Source of the DNA: Antedon mediterranea
Lineage: Eukaryota; Animalia; Echinodermata
Assembly (NCBI RefSeq): GCF_964355755.1
Contig: NC_092677.1
Location: forward strand, 20,110,101 to 20,174,100
Direction of reading: 5' to 3'
DNA: 64,000 bases
Below are positions 1 through 11,180 of this stretch, one piece after another (the stretch's first letter is position 1; every line of letters begins with the position of its first letter). The notes below the pieces were generated by a model that was given only the letters and a program-made list of their open reading frames with translations, had not been told where the DNA came from and did no database searches. The translations under genes were made by a program, and so were the position numbers.

Positions 1-2765
1 GAATGTATAATTTGTGTACTGTATTTTTTTAATTCTGCTATTTTATTATCAAACAATATGCATGTACTCAAAGGAACTTTAAAAATGCGCGTATATGAAC
101 ACATGAGATGGGAAGATTAGACCCACGAGAATAAAAAATGTATTTTTGTGTAATGTTTATTGTTTAATTTTGCTGACTTATTACTCGGATTGTGTCATAC
201 CTAACACACACACGTCACACACACCCAAACAGCTACTACTCTACTAGGCCTAGAATAGACATGGGTTTAGAGAATAATAATTAGGCCTAATAGTATTAAT
301 AGAAACTATAATTTTAACACGTAATTCTTTAGTAATAAATTATATTAAAAACACCATAAACTAAAGGCTGATTATTTCGACAATCCACACAAAACGCCGC
401 TTTTCTTCTATGAAATCGCACGCCGCAACAACAGCGGAGATAGGCCTAGAATCGTACCGCACTTGTGTAATCACTTCTTGTTGCTATACGCTTGGGTGCA
501 CACGGAACAAGAAAATTTAACTGATGAATTATTCATGTTTATTTTATGACGTTTCATGAGGGAGTCCCCAACTTATGTACGAAAAAAAAAATCGACCGAT
601 TTCATCGTAAACCGATTTCATCGTAAACCGGAGGAGGTAGCATCTGAGGAGTTGGCCAGACGTTTCTTGTCATAAGATTATCTGAATATGGCTAGGCCTA
701 GCCTAGGACTAGTGTGTTTTATAGAACGAAACGAAACTGTTTTATTTGCCAATACAATAATCTAAAGCCTGTTTTCCCTTTGACGTAACATTAAGACGAG
801 TTGCGTTGAGTTGCATTGAATTTTCAAATCATTAAAAATAAATAACGATGATCGAGCGAATATTTACACATTTTTACGCGATCGTTTTTCTGATAAAGTT
901 TACCATATAGAATGTCAGAAAAAAAGGGCCAGGGTCTTGGAACAATTTTTACGGCACTTTTAAATTTTTGCCTATATAACAGTAACACACACAAATGGCT
1001 ATTAACATACACAAATACCTATATATTGGGGATAGGGAAAACCAATTCACGTTTATTTTTACTTGGAGTTGTGTTATGATGATTAAAATTAGCTGAGGCT
1101 TACTTTAATAACTACTTCTCATAGTAGTTGATAAATCGAGTCGATAACAATGACATCATCATGCCAGAATCCAATATGGCGTCAATTTGGCGGGAAAAAC
1201 AACAGTTTTTGAAAAATTCCTTTTAACGTTACACATTAGAATAGGTTGCAGATAATGCTGACTCAAACAAATACGCACTTCAGATGGAAAGGAAAATTCA
1301 CGGTAGGGTGTTGTTTTTGGTATCCATGTCACAATAGCAGATTCTGATCAGGGTGTTAAGAGTATGCATCAGTGTATGAGACATCACTTTCGATAAGGGT
1401 TTACAAATTATTCCTTACACAACACCAGAGATTCCCAGTTCAACCAAATACGTGAAACATTATTATCATCACGGTTCCACCTGCAGTACTGTATATTCAA
1501 AATTACTCTGGAACTCTGCAAAAATGATTTTGACAACAGCTTCCCCAATATACAGATGCACAAACTGGTCTGGAATTATGCATTATTTATAAAAATGTGT
1601 AATAAAATTAGTGTTAATGTGTTACAATCATTGGCCTGAATCTGGAATTAATCTACATTGTTGTATAAGACCAAGTTGCAAAACTAAACTATCGAATATA
1701 TCTGTTTCTTTGATCAACTGCTCTTTATTAAAGCTGTTAAAATCAACAACTTGCAATTTCATTTGGTGGGTTCCAAACCAATTAGTGCAATAGGAATCAT
1801 AATTAAAGAAGCTTAACATTGTAAATTGTACAATGATGCAAAAAAGAGATCTGAACAAATTAAAACCTTGCAAAATCTACGTCCTAGGGTTCGGTTAAGC
1901 AAAAAGACACTTCACATTGATCAGCGATTCCTTATAATGGCATATAATAGGGCCAACTATCAGATAGTGGGACTCATCTTTTCCTAATATGATTCATATG
2001 AATCCTATTGCACTCACAAGTTTAAGAGTTTGGTTGTAGAGATTTTAACAACATATTTTAATGAAGAAAAGTTAAACAAAGAAATAACTTAGTTAGTAAC
2101 TTGGTCTTGTACATACGACGAGTAAATGCCGGTTAAATCACTATAGGATTCAGGTCAATGCTTGGACAATCTCTGGTGTTGTGCAAGGAATAATTATCAA
2201 AAGTGATGTCTCTTAATATACATGATCCTTTCCAAAAGCTTAACACCCTGGTCGGTAATTTGCTGTCTATTTTTAGGTGGATAGCAAGAAACAACAGCCA
2301 TGAAATGTTCCGGTTCCGTCTGAGAAATGCATATAGGTGAATCTGCATTATCCATAGGCTGATCCAGAGAGAGATCCAAAAATTAAATTCATCACTTCTA
2401 CAATTTTTAAGCCCTCTCAAATCCTTCCCCGCTCCCACCCAAACCCCATAAATCAAAATCTTTGATCCGTCATCCTAATGTTGGGAGGGGGACAATTACT
2501 ATAAGTAGATGTACATTTGTGTGGATTCGTGTTTTGTTTTAAGATAGTAAGTCTATTGTTGTACATTGTATGGACAAAAAATGCATTTTAAAAAAAAGGG
2601 GTTTTTTCCCGCCAAATTGGACGCCATATTGGATTCTGGCATGATGATGTCATCATATCGACTCGATTCATCAACTACTATGAGAAGTAGTTATTAAAGT
2701 AAACCTCTACTAATTTTAATCATTAAAACACAACTGCAAGTAACAAAAACCGTTAATTGGTTTCC

Positions 2766-5700
2766 CAGGGGCGCAGCCAGTGGGGGGGTCACGGGGGTCC
2801 TGACCCCCCCTTTTATTTTGGAAAAAAAAATAAAAACAGGTCATCCATCAAAACAAAACGCAATTTCATCAACTCAAAACCCCAAAAAAAACTTTTGAGA
2901 TGACACGTGGTCCACAAGGCTACACGTGTCACGTAATGTCGTTGTGTTGTTGCTGTGCAAATAACTTCGTGTTGATCTGTTAGGCCTATATTTAACAAAA
3001 ATGAAGAGGCAACAATCAAAATTGACAACATTTTTTAAGCCAAAATACCGGCGTAAGCAAGGTATGTCACTGCTATATATATAATATAGGTATGTGTTAG
3101 AAGCTAGTGCATTATTTTGAAAAGATTTGACAAGTAGGCCCTAGGCCTAGTACTACTAGGCCTACTAATTGATGCATACACGCCTAGACTAATTAGGCGC
3201 ATGTTCTCAGTCAATCAGACGCGGATAATCTGTATAGCGAAGTTACGAATTCTCTCCCAATCATCAATCAATTTAAAGTACCAAGTAAGTTTAAGTTAAC
3301 CCCATCATCTGTAATTGCAGTCTCTTTGCCTTGGCACCGTGATTCGAAAATGTTCGAAACACATGTAAAACCATGTGTTGCTTGAGTGATATTATTATTG
3401 CATTCTAATTTCCTTTTATTATTAGAATTTTAAATATTAATAGCCAATAATAGTAGTATAGTAATATAATATGTTTTCGTGAGTGAAGAACAAGTATAAT
3501 TTGTTTCTAGAGTTGACTACATTAAATGCAGACAATCAATCAACGGCGGTTGAACATGTTGATGCAAATTCTCCAGCTTCTACCAGTAACGTTGATCAAG
3601 ATAATTTAGATGGTAAATTTGATAATGTATATTTTTCTTACTAGAAGACTAAGTGTAGTGTGTTTGTGTAGCCAATTAATTAGGTCTAAGAAGTCACATC
3701 TTAGAACCAAGAAGTCACTCGTGACTTATCAGGTACTCGGATGTATCTAGTAGAACAGTACTGCAATTATATTATTGCACCAACAATTTTTATTCTTACA
3801 ATACAAGTAGTCAAGTAGTATGGTAGTAGTAAGTCTGTTTACGTGAGTGAAGAACAAGTTTAATTTGTTTCTAGAATTGACTGATTCAGATGCAGACATT
3901 CAATCAACGGCGGTTGAACATGTTGACGCAAATTCTTCAGCGTCTACCAGTAACGTTGATCAAGATATTTTAGATGGTAAATTAGGTAATTAATATGTTC
4001 TCATTAGAAGAGTGTTTAGTGTGTTCATATAGGCAATTAGTTGGGTCTAAGAAGTTACATCTTAAACTATAATCGCGAGTATAGCAATAGGTACATGAGC
4101 TCTTGGGTATATCTAGTAGCAGACTAGAGTACTGCAAGTGTTATTATAATATTAAGTCAAAGCATTTATTTTTCTAGAGTTGACTGCTTTTGACACAGAC
4201 ACTACCATTGAGAAAACTTGTATAAGCAAGTATGACATCGGACGTCTTGCTGCCTTGACTTATCAGAATGATTATACATATTGTTTGAGCGATACAGAGA
4301 AAGCAGATTGGCTTGACAAAGCTGACAAACCACCCCCATCAGAAATGGCTCCAATAAGTATTTTGAAAAACGGGAAGCGCAAGGTTTTACATTTTCAGAA
4401 TTCATGGTTCTCAGAGTTCAAATGGCTTAGGTACAGTGTTTCTAAGAGTGGTGGATATTGTTTAACCTGCCTACTGTTTGCAAATAAAGATAACGCATGG
4501 GTTAGAAATGCTCCATTAATAGGGAAGCCATTCACTAAGCTTCAACATGCCAAAGGTAAAGACAAAGGTATACTTACTAATCATAATGAAAATAAATATC
4601 ATAAAATGGCACTTGAACATCAAGGATTATTTCTCGCTATGTTGAAGAACCCTAGCAGGAAAATTGAAACAATAATTGATGAGAAAGCCAGAGAAAATGA
4701 GAAAATCAACATTAAGATACTCGAGTCCATTATTGACTGTGTAATGTTTTGTGGTCTTTATGGATTACCTCTGCGAGGCCACAGGGATTCGGGTTTTGAC
4801 GACACGGTTAACAAGGGGGTTTTCAAAGGACTGGTAAATTTAGAAGCAAAACACAATCAAATACTCAAAGAGCACTTGTTGAAAGGAAAAAAAAATGCCC
4901 AGTACGTATCATGGTCAGTTCAGAACGAGTTAATATCAATAATAGGAAAGCAGATACAAGAACATATTGTTTGTGCCATAAAGGAATCCGAGACAGGTTT
5001 GTTCACGATTATATCTGATGAGGTGACCGATTGCTCGAACAATGAAGTAATAAGTTTGAACGTCAGATATGTGGACAAGAACTGCAAAATTCATGAAGAT
5101 TTTTTAGAATTTTGTGGGATGCAACGTGTCACTGCAGTAGCTATCTCAGACAGTATTCTGAAAATGGTGAAAGATGCAGGGTTAGATCCGGCAAATATGC
5201 GTGGTCAGGCTTATGACGGTGCTTCAGTAATGTCCGCCGCCAGAGGAACTCAAGGTTTAATTCGAAAAATTGCTCCAAAAGCGATGTACACACACTGTTA
5301 TGCACATAGTTTAAATCTGTCCATAGCTGCAAGCTGCAAGAACAGGGAGGTGAAAGATCTTGTTGATTTGATTAATCAAACCTTTTTGTTTTTACGAAAT
5401 AGTCCAAAACGAGAAGAATTTTTTACTGAAATTCTGAAAGTGTACTGTCCAGAAAATAAGGTTGAAAAATTGAAAGGTTTATGTAAAACTAGATGGGTTG
5501 AACGCCATACTTGTCTTGATACATATAAAGCTTTTTACGAATATATCGTAATTTGCATGGATGCAATAACAAACCCCCATCTTTATGAGCGACTAACGGG
5601 TGGTTGGGCATGGAGTAAAGAGGACAAAATCATGGCAAATGGATTACATCATAGTCACACAAATTTCAAAACAATAATTACACTTACTACTGTCCTATAT

Positions 5701-7245
5701 GTCCTTGAGATTGTAAAGCCACTTGCAACAAAATTGCAGAAACGGTCATTGGATATTTTCCATGCAACCAATCTTATATCGGACGCCGAAAGTACCTTGC
5801 AGTTGTTACGAGACAACATCGAAAGTGAGTTTTCCCGTTGGTTTGTAGAAGCAGAAAAACTAGCTGATAAAGTTGGTGCTAATGTTGTTAAACCAAGATC
5901 AGTAGCGACAATGAGACAACAACACAGATCAAATCATCCTGGAGACACTGTGGAAGATTACTACCGAGCAGTATTACCAATTCAACTTCTTGATCATTTA
6001 CAAACCGAGTTAAAAACCCGTTTTTCTGCCGATAACAGGCCATGCTTTAAAATATTTGGCGTAGCACCCGAGTCTATTGTTAAGTGTAATGTTGAAGAAG
6101 TCTTCAAAGAACTTGAATTTTGGTACGATGATCTGCCAAGACACGAACATCTTCATTCCGAGCTTCAGCGATGGAAGCGACTGTGTTCGCAGCAACAAGA
6201 GCTCCCTGCTACATTAACGGAAGCTATTGTAAAATTAGCGGATCCTGATGTGTTCCCGAATGTGCGTGCACTTCTTCTAATCGCATGTGTACTGCCCGTA
6301 ACGTCTGCTGAAGCTGAGCGGAGTTTTTCGACTTTACGGAGAACGAAAACCTGTTTGCGAAATCACATGTCTTATGAGCGGCTTTCGGGATTGTGCCTCA
6401 TGAACATACACTTTAACATGAAAATAAATACAGAGAATGTCATTCGCGAATTCTGTCTCCAAAAGCCAAGAAGAATGTTTCAAAATGCACACTTATTGTT
6501 TAAAGATGCATCACGCGATGTCTAGAGCGCCGTTAGTAACTAACGTAAAATGTATAATACTAATTTAGAAGTTAGTTATTAGAATTATAAGCTATCACCT
6601 ATACTATACTATACATTCAACAAAATAGGTATATTTTTAAACAAAATATTGTGTGTACAGGCGATAAATACGTTAGTGTAATGCGTATAATACGGATGGG
6701 TATGAAGCGTCTCACATACACACGGAGCCAAGATAGCTTCTTGGACTTGCACAGTGTATGGACTCTAACCTTACGGTTCTCATTTAATAATATCACTCCA
6801 TGCTATCATTCTAATTTCTTTTTTCAAACTTTTGCATCTCTACTTTCATTTCATGCAACTTTTGTATTGGTGAAAAGGGAGGAATTCAAATAATTCTTCC
6901 TCTGAGTTTACAGCCTCTCTACCCAAATCAACAAACAAGCAAAAAAAAAGTGTTTGTAGGCTATCTGTGGCAGCCTGGAATATAAAAATGTTCTGTAATG
7001 AAAATGAGAGTTGTTTTTTGTTTTCTTTGTTGCAGTTTATTAGTGTTAACATTGTCATATTTGTGTGTGCGTAAACCGATTCAAATGATCTAGATTGCCC
7101 TAGACCGCCAAAGCTTCCAGGGGGCTTCGCCCCCTGGACCCCGACCGGGGGCCCTTGGCCCCCAGCCCATGGTTGCTCGCTTCGCTCGCAAAATACTTAG
7201 ATATTGGTTGACCCCCCCTTTATTTTTTGGCTGGCTGCGCCCCTG
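2766..7245 (+). mobile_element. Autonomous hAT DNA transposon
   Basis: Perfect 15-bp TIRs CAGGGGCGCAGCCAG (2766-2780) and CTGGCTGCGCCCCTG (7231-7245). Flanking duplication is GTTTCC (6 bp), or GGTTTCCC (8 bp) if the element starts at AGGGG. GC-rich subterminal hairpins at 7119-7190. Internal transposase ORF. Confidence 0.95.
3001..6525 (+). CDS. hAT transposase (TTF-type zinc finger, DUF4371-like, DDE, dimerisation domain; P52rIPK/ZMYM1-like type); predicted spliced exons 3001-3061, 3511-3612, 3875-3976, 4178-6525 (870 aa)
   Basis: ORF 4180-6525 has WFSEFKWLRYS..YCLTC, LPLRGH, SDEVTD, YDGA, HCYAHSLNL, KTRW and SAEAERSFS with no stops, but starts at TTG just after TTTCTAG. Three upstream GT-AG exons join in phase 1 to an ATG at 3001. 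The main exon is high confidence; the upstream exons are inferred. Confidence 0.9.
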
Positions 7246-7971
7246 GTTTCCCCTATAAATAGGTATTGTGTGTGTTAATAGGCATTTGTGTGTGTGTTAT
7301 ATGGGCCAAAATTTAAAAGTGCCATAACAAATTTTTTTTTTCTGACATTCTATATGGTATGCTTTATCAGAAAAAAAAAATTTTCCTATCCTTTTTTCCC
7401 GCAAATGTGTATATTAACTGTTCTGCACCCAGGCTAATGGTTTCTTGGTTCTTTAGAGTGTTGCTGGGACACACGGATGTGAAGTGTTGCGAAGCCAATG
7501 CCGGTCTTTTTTATATTATAATTTAGTTTTACTTACACTTGTTATTTTGAAATATCAGACTTTACATTTAAACGAGTACAAAAATGGTGAAAAACATTGT
7601 TGTGTTGTTAAAATTCAAGAATTGTCAGCGCGTACATATTTTTTCACAAACTAGGATGATGTAATTTGCGAACCATTTGAGTCAGTTTTAACGGTCGTAA
7701 TGTTGAAGTTGAACTAGGTTGAACATCAACGATTGAAGATTTTAACGATTTTTAACTTTGATTTTTTTACCAGGGTCAATAGTAGCCTACAGAAAAACAG
7801 CATTTCCAATTGCATATAGTAAAAATGTTGTATTACACTGCGAATTAAATAATTTTGGAAGAGATACGTAAATGTGACCAATTTATACTAGTATTAATAT
7901 ATAGATGGAAGCAAAGTTTCCTGGTATTTACACTTCAATTCAAAGCATTCATTTCGTTTATATCATTTAAG

Positions 7972-8071
7972 GTAATGTGATTGAGTGGAGTACTCCAGAA
8001 GATATTGATTTAGAAGGTGTTGAATTTAAAGCTATGGCAAGTGGATCACACACTGTCAATTCAGATTTTAT
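7972..8071 (+). CDS. DENND11: DENN domain-containing protein 11 (LCHN/KIAA1147), first visible coding exon (probably exon 2)
   Basis: AG/GT-bounded 100-bp exon encoding (G)[32 protein letters not shown](I). This matches the remembered vertebrate DENND11 segment [27 protein letters not shown]. Confidence 0.92.
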
Positions 8072-8321
8072 GTATGTATTAAGTATGCTTAATAAATGTT
8101 AGTATTAAATGGATCCTTAAATCTGCTGATAATGAGAGATTTTTAAAGTAATTTTTTAATGTTGAACTGCAGCAATATCAATATAACCATATAGCCTATA
8201 TATAAATCCAAAGGCAAATTACTGAAAAAATGACAATCAGTGGCTGGATCTCAATGGAGATAACAAAAAAAAAAGCGAAAAGCTAAATCAAAACGATAAA
8301 GTAAAACAGCCAGAAAAGTTA

Positions 8322-8358
8322 GCAGAGCTTTCGGGCAACACTAGCCCTTCATCAGTGC
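8322..8358 (-). ncRNA. Minimal type I hammerhead ribozyme (Penelope pLTR type)
   Basis: Minus strand reads GCA-CUGAUGA-A-GGGC-uaguguu-GCCC-GAAA-GC-UC-UGC. It has the catalytic core, stem II, a minimal palindromic stem III (AGCU) and a closing stem I. Confidence 0.7.
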
Positions 8359-8459
8359 AAGTGAAAGAATTTGGATAACGTCATAGTATAAGAACTGGCA
8401 AGTGCTGCCTGGGTGGACAGGAATAAATATATTTGTCGAGCACTCTACAATAAACCGCT

Positions 8460-10574
8460 ATGGAGAGATTCAGCATTGACTACTCAACGAAGAACGTCCC
8501 ATTACCATCACAGAAGGACTATTTACAACGACTTATCGAAAAAACTGAGCAATTTTTACGTAGAATGCGATGGAAGGCCCACTTCTTCCTTAATTCCAGC
8601 ACCACCGCATCATCCAAGCAAACATTTGGCTTCAAGTCTACCAAAAACCCACCACCGATCGATGAACTATACGAATTCGAAGATGACATACTCCATCTGA
8701 TACAATCGACAACATTAAAAAACGCAGACAACCCTCTACTCAACAAGTTAAAAACCGACTCCAAGAAAATTGAAAACGAGCCCAAACTTTTAATTGCAGC
8801 CGACAAAACCACAAATTTCTACAAACTAGACCCACCGACGTATGACAACCTCCTAGAAGAAAACATCACCAAATCATACAAGAAAGCAGAACCTGCACTC
8901 GTACAAACGATTCATAGAAAAAACAAAAGTATTGCAACAAAATTGAACATCGCTGACAGAGTGGATACAACTGCAAATAAAGATGCTTTCATAACCCTCA
9001 AAGACCACAAACCGAACTTCACTAACAAACCTACTTGCCGATTAATAAACCCGACCAAATCAGAGATAGGCAAGATAAGCAAAACTATACTCGATCGTAT
9101 TAACAGCAAAATTACATCAAAACTTTGCACCAATCAATGGAAAAATACCTCATCGGTCATCGAATGGTTTAAGAGCATCGACAAGAAACAACAACACAAC
9201 TTTATATGCTTCGACATCGTAGAATTTTACCCCTCTATCAGCAATGACCTACTGAATAAAGCACTAGACTTCGCTAATAGATACGATGATATTGCCAACG
9301 ACGACAGAGACATCATCGTACATACCAAAAAATCAGTACTATCACACAAACAGCAACCATGGCAAAAGAAAGGCCCCACAGCATTCGATGTGACTATGGG
9401 TAGTTATGATGGCGCAGAAACATGTGAACTTGTTGGAAGCTTCCTGTTACACCAATTACAACAGAAACTAGAAATCAACATAGGACTTTACAGAGATGAC
9501 GGCCTTGCAGTCACAGACACCACACCTAAAAGCACAGAAAATATTAAAAAAGACATATGTCAAATATTCAAAGATAACGGCCTACGCATTACCATAGAAG
9601 CAAACAAACAAGTCATCAACTTCTTAGACGTCACACTCAACCTAGCGAAGAACACATACCAGCCCTACACCAAACCAAACGCCACGTTACAGTACATCCA
9701 TCAACAAAGTAACCACCCACCGACCATCCTAAAGAATATACCCGCCGAAATAAACAAACGACTCTCGTCCTTGTCACCCGACAAGAATTCATTCAACCAA
9801 GCCGCCCCTGTATACCAGAAAACTCTCAACGACAGTGGATACCAGTACACACTAAAATACGAGCCGGTAACCCAGACAAGACGAAAAAACAGAAAACGAA
9901 ACGACATTCTGTGGTACAACCCACGGTTCAGCAAAAACGTCAGCACAAACATTGGACAGAAATTCCTATCCCTAGTAGACAAACATTTTCCAAAAGATAA
10001 CAAACTAAGAAAAATCTTCAACCGAAACACTATCAAGATTAGCTACAGTTGTATGAACAATATGAAACAGATAATAGACAGTCACAACAAGAGAATACTC
10101 AACCAGCCCGAAACAACATCCGTGAAAAACACGCAAGAAAACAAAACATGCAACTGCCGACAGAAAAACACATGCCCGCTAAACGGAAATTGCTTACAAT
10201 CATCTGTAATATACCAAGCCACAGTTACACGCAAAGACAAATCCACCTCGGAAACTTATATCTGACTCACTGAAAATGATTTTAAAACACGATACAGAAA
10301 TCACACCTCGTCATTCCGTAATACACGTTCTAGAAACTCAACCGAACTCAGTAAACATATTTGGACACTCAAGGACAACAACACAGGCTATTCAATCTCA
10401 TGGCGCATCTTGGCATCTACTAAAGCATATAGTAGCGCAAACAAAAAATGCAACCTCTGCCTCAAAGAGAAATTATTTATCATCCGCCACCCTGAATTAT
10501 CGACATTAAACAAACGTAACAAACTTGTGTCCGCCTGCCGGCACAGAAAGAAAGCATTGTTACATAACAGCTGA
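8460..10574 (+). pseudogene. PLE reverse transcriptase-GIY-YIG endonuclease ORF with one in-frame TGA (10263-10265)
   Basis: RT motifs ADKT, RLINPTKSEIG, FDIVEFYPSI, MGSYDGAE, LYRDDGL and FLDV, plus the CNC..CPLNGNC linker. The frame continues past VIYQA..TYI*LTE through RYRNH..SF, TELSKHIW and CNLCLKEK to CRH and a TGA at 10572-10574. Confidence 0.9.
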
Positions 10575-10659
10575 CATTCCAAAACATATCACCTGTAAAT
10601 GCTAATTCTACAAGTAAATGTGCTTATAAGCAACGTTGTAATTGATTCTTCTCATTATA

Positions 10660-10708
10660 GTCTCCTGATGAGTGAGTTGCACGACTCCCGAAACAAGCCT
10701 GTAGAGAC
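10660..10708 (+). ncRNA. Type I hammerhead ribozyme in the PLE 3' pLTR
   Basis: GUCUC-CUGAUGA-GUGAGU-ugcacg-ACUCCC-GAAA-CAAGCCUG-UA-GAGAC: stem I GUCUC/GAGAC, intact core, stem II with one mismatch, short stem III. Confidence 0.82.
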
Positions 10709-10917
10709 CAAACTGTAGTTTTTACTTCTTTTCCAGACTTAACGTATATTTTAGCTCTACTTTACCGTATTGAGCACTTTTTAGACGGTTACATTGAACC
10801 GAACATTTATATATATATATATATATTTTTACAGTTACAGTAATTCATCATTAGTTGAATCCTTATCAAACAACAATTGTTTGTAGATTGTTTATTGTAA
10901 TGTAAACCTTATTTCAG

Positions 10918-11076
10918 ATTTTTTAAGAAAGATAACTATTACGGACTTAGTTGTTACGAGAAAATTAAAGTAGAAAGTTTAGAAGAACGAGGCGCAAGAA
11001 TGAAATCTGTTGGTATTCTAGCAACGTCTTACACCACATTATATAGACACATGCAATTTCTTGAAAATCAAGTAAG
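10918..11076 (+). CDS. DENND11: DENND11 coding exon
   Basis: CAG/GT-bounded 159-bp exon: [52 protein letters not shown](R). Phases match both neighbours. Confidence 0.95.
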
Positions 11077-11180
11077 GTATGTCCAATTCAAAATATTTGA
11101 CTTTGACAGAAATTGTGCAAATTACAATTGTATGACAGAAGCAATTGTACGACAGAAGCAATTGTACAGTATAACACTAT

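Larger units (their letters stand above)
885..7380. mobile_element. Degenerate fold-back / long-inverted-repeat non-autonomous element; hosts the hAT insertion
   Basis: About 885-1435 is the diverged reverse complement of about 2165-2765 plus 7246-7380. For example, GCCAGAATCCAATATGGCGTC at ~1163 matches GACGCCATATTGGATTCTGGC at ~2620. The right arm is split exactly by the hAT element. Outer boundaries are approximate. Confidence 0.7.
8437..10806 (+). mobile_element. Penelope-like retroelement, Naiad-type, with 3' pLTR, ending at a (TA)n run
   Basis: RT plus C-terminal GIY-YIG ORF; hammerhead in the 3' pLTR; GAGCACT shared between the region just 5' of the ATG and the 3' pLTR; (TA)n at ~10808-10826. 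Clade assignment is from recalled motifs. Confidence 0.85.

Noticed and set aside
520-700. Candidate DENND11 first exon (IIHVYFMTFHEG loosely resembles VVAVFVVTFD)
   Set aside because: It is preceded by an in-frame stop, has no suitable phase-1 donor, and sits in repeat-like sequence ending in a duplicated CCGATTTCATCGTAAA.
8519-10036. Antisense ORFs over the PLE, and similar ones over the LINE (57348-57890) and the hAT
   Set aside because: These are shadow frames of real coding sequence on the opposite strand.
10263-10265. Selenocysteine recoding of the PLE UGA
   Set aside because: The codon aligns with the Gly of YIG rather than a Cys, and no SECIS-like element is seen downstream.
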